In this document: piece after piece, positions 25,901 through 37,900 of the stretch
Numbering within the stretch: the first letter of the stretch is position 1
Layout of the letters: each line of letters begins with the position of its first letter
Assembly: GCF_037042905.1 (NCBI RefSeq)
Contig: NC_087251.1
Span: 10,790,001-10,854,000 of the forward strand
Direction of reading: 5' to 3'
Source of the DNA: Lytechinus pictus
Lineage: Eukaryota
Length of the DNA: 64,000 nucleotides
Notes under the pieces: generated by a model
Database searches by the model: none
What the model was told of the DNA's origin: nothing
What the model saw: the letters and a program-made list of their open reading frames with translations, nothing else
Made by a program: the position numbers and the translations under genes

Positions 25901-28900
25901 GCATACAACTATTTTGTGAAAAATAAACGAAACTTTGAAATGTCATAACTTTCTTATTTTACATCCGATTTTGATGAAATTTTCAGCATTGTGCTTGTCT
26001 GATTTTTCTCAATTGATTCAAATCAACATTTTTCTGAGGTGGACTTGACCTTTAACAATGCCAGTGCACATTTCTTTATTTATAAATAATTTGTTGAGTT
26101 TCCCATTATTTATAAATAATGATTATTTGTTAAATAATGAAAACGTCTACTTCATTATTTATAAATAATTTTTTCGAGTGCGCCATTATTTTCATTATTT
26201 ATAAATAATCATTATTTAATGTTCGAGTTTTCCATTATTTATAAATAAAGATTATTTGTTAAATAATGAAATATCTACTTCATTATTTATAAATAATAAT
26301 TTTGTTTCAATATCCCATTATTTATAAATAATCATTATTTATAAAGAAAATTTACAGTTTGCCATTATATACAAATAATCATTATTCATATACAAATAAC
26401 CATTATTCATTAAATAATGGAAAACTCGCTATAACATGCAAATGTGGGACCGCCCATGATATGAATATTCACGATGCGATTTCCTTTTTCGTGATTTTTC
26501 TTCACAAACTTTTGTCCGTTTCCTCTTCATAATGGCATTTCTTGAAGCAATTTTCTAGGGATATGGTCTGATTGTAATATTCTTCATTTTCTATATAACT
26601 TCGTCTTCGTAGAAATATCAAAAAGTGTAATTTTATACGATTTTTCCTACAGTTCACAATCCCCGTAGGCGCGCGTGTATTTCACCTTTTCTCTCTGATC
26701 GTAGGAACAACCCAAGGGTTCATTACATGTTGTCGCGCACAGAAAAATTAAGCCATAGAAGTTGCGTGTTGTGGACACCAGAAGTGAGATCCCAGCACGC
26801 GAGACTCACTTGTTAGAAATCCACTGAAAAATGCGGTTCATGGTGCGACCTTAGTATACGGTACCTCGCAATACAAAATATTACGTTGGTTGGTCCCCGG
26901 AACTGTCGGGCGGAATTTAGCCCGAAATCCGGATCCTTAATGGAAGTGGATCAAGTGCATATGAGCTAAGAGAGTGAGTGTAAGTGCATCAGGCCCTTCT
27001 ACTTTCTATAATTTTTTGTTTTCAGTTAATTTTTCCCCAAAATGCTCGCAACGACAATACGGGGGCATGATGACCCCTAAATTTTTGAAAACTTATTTTT
27101 CTATTGAAAATTATCACAAAATTCACCAAAAGTGTGCACGAAAGCCTTCATATTTCACTTTTAAAACTCCAAAAAGTGCCCAAATGACTAGAACAAAAGC
27201 TTCAGTCTCTGTATTTTGGTTGTTCCGCTGAACTGCGTTGGCTCACTCACCAATAGACCAAAAGCTTCAGTCTCTGTATTTTGGTTGTTCTGCTGAACTG
27301 CGTTGGCTCACTCACCAATACATAAATGTATTGGTATTGGTAAATGGGGATTATAGTAAAATGTCAGAAATTGTTGAATAAATCCCCAGAAACGACGGTT
27401 ATTCATGTCTACCAAATGACAAGCTTGGTCGCTTCGCTGTGTCGCTTTCAACTTGAGAACGAGTTTACACGTTTATAGAAAGTAGAAGGGCCTGATGCAC
27501 TTACACTCACTCTCTTAGCTCATATGCACTTGATCCACTTCCATTAAGGATCCGGATTTCGGGCTAAATTCCGCCCGACAGTTCCGGGGACCAACCAACG
27601 TAATATTTTGTATTGCGAGGTACCGTATACTAAGGTCGCACCATGAACCGCATTTTTCAGTGGATTTCTAACAAGTGAGTCTCGCGTGTTGGGATCTCAC
27701 TTCTGGTGTCCACAACACGCAACTTCTATGGCTTAATTTTTCTGTGCGCGACAACATGTAATGAACCCTTGGGTTGTTCCTACGATCAGAGAGAAAAGGT
27801 GAAATACACCGTGCCTACGGGGATTGTGAACTGTAGGAAAAATCGTATAAAATTACACTTTTTGATATTTCTACGAAGACGAAGTTATATAGAAAATGAA
27901 GAATATTACAATCAGACCATATCCCTAGAAAATTGCTTCAAGAAATGCCATTATGAAGAGGAAACGGACAAAAATTTGTGAAGAAAAATCACGAAAAAGG
28001 AAATCGCATCATGAATATTCATATCATGGGCGGTCCCACATTTGCATGTTATAGCGAGTTTTCCATTATTTAATAAATAATGGTTATTTGTATATAAATA
28101 ATGATTATTTGTATATAATGGCAAACTGTAAAAATTGTTTATAAATAATGATTATTTATAAATAATGGGATATTGAAACAAAATTATTATTTATGAATAA
28201 TGAAGTAGATATTTCATTATTTAACAAATAATCTTTATTTATAAATAATGGGAAACTCGAACATTAAATAATGATTATAAATAATGAAAATAATGGCGCA
28301 CTCGAAAAAATTATTTATAAATAATGAAGTAGAGTTTTCATTATTTAACAAATAATCATTATTTATAAATAATGGGAAACTCAACAAATTATTTATAAAT
28401 AAAGAAATGTGCACTGGCATTGTTAATAAATAATTATTATTTATAAATAATAGAAAACTTATTTATAAATAATGGAAAAACGAATTGCAATTATTTATAA
28501 ATAACGAAGTATGTAGTGTCATTATTTATAAATAATGAAAAACGAAAATCATTATTTATAAATAATAAAAGACAAATAATCATTATTTATAAATAATGAA
28601 AAACAAATAATCATTATTTATAAGTAATGAAAAACAAATAAAAATTATTTATAAATAATGAAAAACAAATAATCATTATTTATAAATAATGAAAACAAAT
28701 AATCATTATTCATAAATAATGAAAACAAATAATCATTATTTATAAATAATGAAAAACAAATAATCATTATTTATAAATAATGGAATGTCGAACTATTATT
28801 ATTTACAAATAATGAAGTATTACTTGGAATTATATATAAATAATTAGAAATGTTATTTTATATAATAGTAATTATTTACAAATAAAATGTAAATTATATA

Positions 28901-31900
28901 TAAATGATAGTTATTATTTAATAAATAATGATTATATAACAAATAATTGTTCTATATAATATTGGTACAATCGGCGCCTCATAGTATGGTGCTGAAATAG
29001 GAAATCACATTTTTATGCTGCATAGTGTAGTAGTTTATATTCATGGTACGCACTGAACTTTCTTAAGTTTGCATGTTATTTTGATATTTTTTTTTATTTC
29101 AGCTATCAGGTTTACTTAATGAATCCATTGATAGTTTGGTGGAAAACTTTGGAGCAATTCAGAAGAAAGACAGCAAGGTGAAAGTCTTCAAGTAAGCTAC
29201 CTCTTTAATAGGAACAACTTGAACTAGATTTTAATTCGTCATGCGGACGAATTAGGTGGTGTGTCGTAGAAAGATAAATACTAGTAGATAAACATACATA
29301 ATTATTTAAACAAATGAGTAGATATAAGATTGAAAGATAAATAGACAGTCAGATAGACATCCCGGGGGGGCCACTTACATTGACGAGTGGATACCATGCG
29401 CGACCAAAAAAACACGTAAAAAGGATGTATTTTTCAATATAGGGCACGTTACGTATGTAATGTGATAAGGGTGTAAAAAACACAAAAATAATGAAAAAAG
29501 GGTATCTATTTCGCTAGGAAAGTTACGTGTTTAGGGTCAAATTTGCGGGGATGATAAAACAAAATCAAAATGTTTTATAAATGATGTCCTTTTTGCCCCA
29601 ACACTACGTGTTTAGAGTCCGATTTGCGCGAGGTGTGGAAGGTGGGGTCGTACTAAACCAAATGAAAATCGATGACCAAAGGACCCGTGACATAACAATA
29701 AAATATTCCTGTACTTGTTTAGGGGCTCATTTCGGAGAATATTTGCCAAGAATATTGTTTTGTTCCCAATACTTGTTAAGGGTAGGGTTTCACACGCCAA
29801 TACTTGTTAAGGGGTGCATTTTCAGAATATGGAAATTACGTGTTTAGGGTGCTTTTCGAGACCCCATGGTCGCGCATGGTATCCACTCGTCAATGGAAGT
29901 GGCCCCCCCGGGAGATCTACAGGTTTTTACTTATTAGAGTTGGAAATTAAGGCTTCAGAGGCCAATTTAGACCAAATATTTTCCCCCTGCTTTTGACAAT
30001 TTTAATTCCCTTTTCATTGTTAAGAGCATGTCATACACCTTGTAATCATTTTTACATTGTGGAGGGCCTGTTTGCTAACTGCACCGATGACAGATTTTGT
30101 GACACTATTAGGCCCTATAGGGTAAATAAATTTGTATGAACCGTGCAGTTTAACCGAAGGTTAACCATTTCAAGATTATTTTTAAATCACAAGGCCCTTA
30201 TATTGCTAAAATTGAATAGAGTAGTTATCATTTATTCGGTATTAGCATTATGAGTACATTTTCAGATCATGGGTCAAGGTCAAAGGTCATTTCAGATCAC
30301 TTAACTTTACTAAAGTCAACAAAATTTGTGTGGAATATGGTTTTATTGAATCAGAATATAAATTTAACATGAACTTAATAATGTATTTAAAAGTCAAGGT
30401 CAACCGAGGTCAATGAATTCTGTTTTTTGTTATCAAATATATTAGCTAGGCCCTATTTTGTTCTCTGAAAAAAAAAAAATTCCATGAATTAAGTTTGCAT
30501 AGTCCTAAGCCTCAGTCACCCATTGTGTGAATAAAAACTTTCAGGTCATTGGACCCAGGTCAAAGGCCATTTCAGACCAAAATCTTGGATGAAATTGAAA
30601 TTCAGTCCTTATTTCAAAAGCAAACGGTCATATCCATAGCACATATCAAGTTCATATAAGTCTAATGATCTGCTCAGATGGGGGTGGTAGTAGACTAGCG
30701 AGGTGGTCATCAATGTAACTTGATATTGACAGATCATAGCGTACTATCATACAACCTATTTCAATGAAAATAATATATACAGTGGTGCTTACAAGTTAGT
30801 GAACCTTACCAAAAAAATGAACCTATTTTAGCGTTCAAGTTCTGTTTTAAGAGATATCTAATTGTAGTGTCAGGTGAGAAAATATTACATTCAATAAATT
30901 TATCTGGGCTTGCCGAACATTGTACCGTTGTCTACAGGGATAGACATACATATTTATATAAGTGGATAGATTAATAGAAGAAAGGTAGATAAATTATATC
31001 TTGATATATAGATAGATAGATTGATAGATAGATAGATAGATATAGAGATATATATATATAAACATATAAATACGTATTAGATAGATAGACAGATAGACAT
31101 TAGATAGATAGATACATAGATAAATAGATAGATAATGATTGATGACAAAAATTACGATGATGATGAGGATGATGATAATTATGATTGATGACAAATAAGA
31201 TGATGATGATGATAACGGTGATTATGATATTATATATGCACAGATGGACAGACAGAAAATATATCGATATATTTATTGATAGATAAACAGATAGAATAAC
31301 ATATTAAACAGATTTAATAGATAGATAGATATTAGATAGACAAATAAACAGACATAATTATTTAAACAGATCAGTAGACATTAGATTGGAAGATAAAAAG
31401 ATAGACATACATATTTAAACAGATAGATGGATAGTCAGATAGATAGATAGATGGATTGGATGATATATAAAATAAAGGTGGATATATTGATAGGAGATAG
31501 ATAGATAAACATACATAATATTTGAAACATATAAATATATATTAGATTGAAAGATAAATGGATCGATAAACAGATAGACAGACAAATTCAAATAGATAGA
31601 TATACGATAGATAGATAGAACATAGATAGATAGAAAATAGATAGATAGAGAGACAGACAGACAGACATACAGATAGAGAGATAGAGAGAAAGAAAGATAG
31701 ATAGATAGATAAATATATCATGTAGATAGATAGATAGACAGATAGATAGATAGACAGACAGACATATAGATAGATAGATAGAGAGAGACAGATAGATTGA
31801 TATAGAAAGATAGATATATTCAAACAGATAAATATATAATTTATTAGAGAAATAGATAGATAGATAGCCAGACAGACAAACATATAGATAGATAGTTACG

Positions 31901-34900
31901 GTAGATAAATAGATGGATAGATAGATAAACATATTTAAACAGATATATATATAAATATATTAGACAGAGAGAGAGATCGATAGATAGATAGATATAAAAT
32001 GTAGGTAGATAGACAGACAGACAGATAGATAGATAGATAGATTTATAACATAGATAGCGGATAGATAGACGGATATGATTAGATAGATAAATTAGACAAA
32101 TTCAAATAGATAGATAGATAGAACATAGATAGATAGAAAATAGAGAGACAGACAGACAGACATACAGATAGAGAGATAGATAGAAAAAAATAGATAGATA
32201 AATATATCATGTAGATCTATAGATAGATTGAAAGAGAGAGACATATTCAAACAGATAGATATATATTATACAGAGAGATAGATAGATAGATATGTCATGT
32301 AGGTAGATAGATAGACAGACAGATAGATAGATAGAAAGATAGATAGATTTACAACATAGATAGCGGATAGATAGACGGATATGATTAGATAGATATAATA
32401 TGGAAAAAGTAATTATTATCTGTTTTATTTTGCAATATTTTAACTATTATTTATCAGAATTCTTATAATTGATCCTGCGCAAGTAAAAAAAAAAAAAAAC
32501 ATGCTCACCCTCGGACTCGAACCCCTGCCCGCATGACTGAATGAGATGCAAGTCTGACGCCTAACCGATTGAGCTAAAATATTTCCCATAGACTTTACAC
32601 GTATGCAAAATACGAGAATCTCAAATCTAATTTTGCAAGTGAAATACGGGCATGATCCCGGCATCTGATCGGAAAATGGAGGGAACTCTTGTGATAACCC
32701 AGGAGCTCAGCCACATCATACTCAAAGCTCAGCCAAAACCGACTATAAATTGTGGAGATATTGCTCACGAAATAGAGGAATGTAGAATCCAGTTTTGAGA
32801 AAAGTCATCTCCCATTACGTCTTACCCCCGTTTGGGAACGGACCGCAGTTCGGATTGCAAACTGCGGTATTTCACCCCATTTTGCGTTTGAAAATCTAAA
32901 ACATCATTTCCAAGCCCTGGGGGTCGTTTCATAAAGCTGTTCGTAAGTTAAGAGCGACTTTAACAACGACTGGTGATCATCGCCAATTGTACCATTTACC
33001 GCAAGACATGATCACCAGTCGCTCTTAACTTACGAACAGCTTTATGAAACACCCACCTGATCAACCCCGCTTGGCCAGGTAATCCCCACAGGCCAGATTA
33101 TGAGCGTTGAGCCAAGGACGAAATGATAACAACAGCTGTGCTATTACGTAAGTCTTCTCTGCCTGTAGAAGGACCTTCGGAATTAAATTATTGTATTCGA
33201 TATTTAATCACGTTTTCAAAGGCATATTGTATTCAGAAATTCAATGCTAGCCCATTTTCAATTTCGAACAAAGAAAATCAACCTCGAAATAAGGAAAGTA
33301 AGTGAATAAAAAATGGCGACATGTTTTCCCGGACCGCACTCGGGCTGTTGTGTTATCTTCGGACCGAGGTCAAGAAACAGGTGTTTTGATACTTACATTG
33401 CATGCCTGGGGCAGTAGGGTTTTCGTACTTGGAGAAGAGGGGTATAGTGTTATCAAACGGAGCTCTTTCGTCATGCATAGAGATTACACGCAAAATGAAC
33501 ACAAATGACATGCCTTTATAATTTGCCATTATTCAGTTTTATCTTGCTATATTTTAACTTTTATACATTTTAATTGTCATAAAGGATCATGTACGAGGTG
33601 GTAAAAAGAAAAAAAAAAGAATAAAAAAATATCATCTTGTGCACCCCAAGAATCGAACCTGGGACCCCAAAGACGCAAGTCAAGTGCGTTATCCATTCAG
33701 CCACGATATTCCCCATAGAGATTACATGTTCCCATAGAGATTACACGTAAGCAAATTTGAGAATTACAAATCCAACTTTGCAAACGAAAAATGGGCATGA
33801 TCCCGGCATCTGATAAAAAAATGGAGGGAACATCTGTGATAGCCCAGGAGCTCAGCTACATCATACTTAAAGCTCAGCCAAAACCGACAATAAATTGTGG
33901 AGATATTGCTCACGAAATAGAGGAATGTAGAATCCAGTTTTGAGAAAAAGTCATGTCCCATAGAGATTACACGCAAAGTGAGTAAAAATGACATGCCTTT
34001 ATTATTTGAAATTTTTCAGGATAATCCGTTTATTAAAATGAGAAATAAAGGTAATAAATCAGAAAGAGTAAGACCTAAGCTACAACAAATACAAAATTGG
34101 GCAAAAATTGACCAATATTCAAGGAGTTAGAGCCAAATTTGCATAAATTTGATGAAGTCACTTTTGAAAAAAATGAAATTTTCAGTTTCGGCGCGATTTT
34201 GATGACGTCATGATCAAATTGAGGGACAATGGTGACATGAAATCAAATCTACAACTCATACTCTATCGATATATGAAAAAAAAATTGGGGGTCAACGGAC
34301 TATTTAAAGAGCTACAGTGTACAGTGAATTTTGAATAGGCATGTTTTTGCCATATAGAGCCTATGGAAAGAGCTCGCGCGCACACGTGCTGCAAACTTTA
34401 ATGGGTGCTCATTCCCTCATTAATGATCGTAGAGAGCTGATCGAGGTATCAATTTGATTAGAATTATATCAATAATAGATACGCATAGAAAAAAGAGCAA
34501 ATTTATGCTGCGTAATGCTGTTACGCACGAAATCGCTCGCACATACGTGCGCGCACGCAAAATGTTGAAATGCTTAAAATGACCTGAAACGTACCCAAAA
34601 TATTTTATAGGCCATTTTGAGAATTTTTTTAGCTTTGACGCCCGCGTCATGACCTTACATGACCTTTGATGACATTGACAGACGACCTTTGACCTAAAGT
34701 TTATTTGATGTAAATATGATTGATTATTGATGATCCGTTATGTTAATATGATCAAATTAAGAATTTTACAAAATGGCGCGTAGATGACGTTATGACCAGA
34801 TGACCTTGAAAAGCTTAGTATGCCGTCTCTATGATAGACTCTATATATGACAGAAAAATCAGCCAAATTGATTCTGCCAATTCGGAGAAAAGTCGGCGAC

Positions 34901-37900
34901 AAACATAGGTGCTAGAAATAAAGAAATAAAGAAAGAAAGAAATAAAGAAAGAAAATTCTGACGAAATTAAGAGGTGATCTGTCAGAGACAGACCACCTAA
35001 AAAGCTCAAACCCTAGTAGAATTCTTGTTAAACATGAATGTCAACAAAGACAAAATTGGTTTGAATAATATGATAATAATATGGTCCATTTATATAGCGC
35101 AGAGTATAATTGCATATACTCTACTGCGCTTGATACTTGGTATTATATTATTACCCCGGCTGTAGCTGAGCCGCCATATAGGCGCTAAAGCATGAATAAA
35201 TCCTACCGGGTACCCATTCACCTCACCTGGGTCGAGTGCAGCACTATGTGGGTAAATTTCTTGCTGAAGGAAAACACGCCCCTCTGATTGAAAGACGAGA
35301 GTAGTAACTACTAGACCACGATGCCCCCCCCCCCATAATATCAAGTAAAATGATCATCCAAATGTTTTTGTGTATAAATTAACAATGTGTGCCAATATGA
35401 TCTTAACACTACAAAGTACAAAAAAGATGGGTTTGTAATGCTTTCCTGAAAATTGCTTGTGATGGAGACTATTTAATTGCAAGTGGCAAATCATTCCAGT
35501 ATTTTGAAGCTGACACAGTAAAGGTTCTATCAAAACCATGCAATGGCTGAGAATAAGCTTGGCATTCCAGTCAGGTGTCAGATATTTTTCCAAGCGATAA
35601 TGATATTCCAATGTCCTGTTTGGGCTTATCTGTTGTGTTGGTGATATATTTTCAGCTTAGATTTCATGATTTGTAAAAAAGAAAAAAGTTTTTGTATCTA
35701 TAAGTTCTTGATCCACAATGATATAGGGACAATTTACTTTGATTTAATGACTTTTTTTTACTCCAATTAGAAACTGCAATAAACTGTCCGTTTTTCTTCT
35801 TTCCCCTTTCTCTTTCCTCTTATGATTGTGTAACGTAGTTTATTTGAAGCATTCACGATGGATGGAATTGCTAAATGTGCTTTTGGACTACAGGTAAATT
35901 CACAGAACAACCCAAGTGATCCATTCGTCACCAATGCAAAGGAGTTGATGAAGAATAGAATATCATTGAAAGTACTGGTTGCTGGTGAGTTGATTTGATA
36001 TATATTTGATATGATAGAGGTGATTAAGAGATGGTCTTGTGATGAATCATTGAAATGGATTTCAAGAGAAAATTTAAGATAAACAGTTTAATGACCCTTC
36101 CCAATATATATCAAAATAACATGCATCTGAATATCATCATCCTATCTACAAAACCAATGATTCTTTAATAATGGTCTATGATATGCAGGAGGAAGTGTAG
36201 GGAATAATTTACTTTCTGATCTACAAAATGCAAGTTCTGTAGACAATTATTTAAAAAAAAATACAAGAATATCCATGTTTCTTAGTATTCTCCCCACTCT
36301 CTATGCTATCTATTTTTATGCAGGTTATATTCAATAATTTGATATTTGCCTCCCTGGTGCACATGTACATTCATTTCTCAGATGTTTATTGTTAATAATA
36401 CCTATGTTACTCAGACTTTAGGAGATATTTTTGTATTTGTTGTTGAAGTTGTTTATGTCGACAGGACCATGTTGAAAAACAGTGTACATTATTTGATTGA
36501 TTGATTTTATTTGTCAAGAATATCACAGGTGATTATAATGAAATGGAAGAATACATTGACAGGATAGCCCATGAAAGCTGAAAGGCTTATTTCCAATGGG
36601 GTCCTATTGTTAGTATAAAACATTAATATATTGTAACAACGAAAAGTATAAACTACAACAAGTAATGGAATATGGTAACAAAATACATATCCATCAGTCA
36701 AATAATTTGCAAACACCTGAAGCAAACAATAATCTACCTGAACATGTTATCCTGCATGTAAAATATCTTTTGATAAATAAATAAATAAATACTTGCATTA
36801 AAAAATGCATAAATAAATACATAACTAAAGAAATGAATGAATGAATGATGGATGGATGGATGAATGAATGAATGAATGAATGAATAAATAAATAAATACT
36901 TACTGAAATAAATAAATAAATAATAAGTAAGTTAATGATCTATCCATACTTTAGAGAAAAAAAACTGTATTCAATTATTCAATGTATAACAGATCAACTC
37001 GGCCTCAACAAGAGCAGTCAGATTGCATCATATACAAGTAAAAACATGTTTCTTTTATTATATGCTACATCTCTTCTAATTTTATATTCAATTTTGGTGA
37101 AATTTTCAGTGTTATGCTTTGTCTTTTTTTTCTCATCTTATGCAGGTTATTATTAGGGGAACTTGACCTTTGAATGGGTTAAATGCAGACAAATTCATCA
37201 TTATCAATTGTTAATTTTTCATACTCTTTCTGTTCTCAGGTGTTTTCCCTACCATTGGTAAAGTGATGGATTACTTTAGAGTCAGTGCTCTGTCATATAA
37301 AGTTCAGCAATTCTTCATCTCTGTAATTGATCAAACAATCACAGCTCGCAGGGAAAATCCAAGCTCAAAGGTATACTATGGAAAGGTCTGCCGTAACTTG
37401 ATTAGTTTACAAGCTCATGTTTAATGCTTAAATCCAGGTTTGGTAGCAAATGAAAAAGAAAATGTGAGGATAAAGGGATTATTGTAATGCAAATCCAAAA
37501 TTATGTAATTACACCACCAAGATTATTGTGACTAATGTCTTCATTTAATGTTGTGGCAGCGGTGGGATGAGCTAAGACTCTGTATGTTGATGTTCACATT
37601 TGAAAAAGTTAACAGCCTCTCGGTAGGCAAGTGGTAATTACTGAAGCAGTACTTTTTTTACTTTGTTGAGCATTCACCCATTGATAACTGTTGGAATTTA
37701 TGTGAAGACCTTTTTTGCATTCCTGTTTGTAATGTTTGTAAAGTTTCATTGCTTTGCTTACCTCAATAGGTGAGATGTGATTATATGGTTTAATTGTGAT
37801 TTTATGGTTAAGGAGCTATTTAGATGTCAGGTTGATATTGCATTAATTAAGAAAGTTATCAGAAGGGAAAGAAAATTTAACACAGGATGGAAATTGATCA

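Noticed and set aside
24740..26420. Regularly spaced palindromic ~20-bp repeats resembling a CRISPR array
   Set aside because: Spacers are short and themselves repetitive, there are no cas genes, the context is a eukaryotic intron, and the array is mirrored in the other TIR arm
24600..28983. Polinton/Maverick assignment for the long-TIR element
   Set aside because: A 6-bp TSD would fit, but the termini are not AG...CT and there is no coding remnant
31542..31932. YLSI-repeat ORFs
   Set aside because: Translation of the GATA microsatellite
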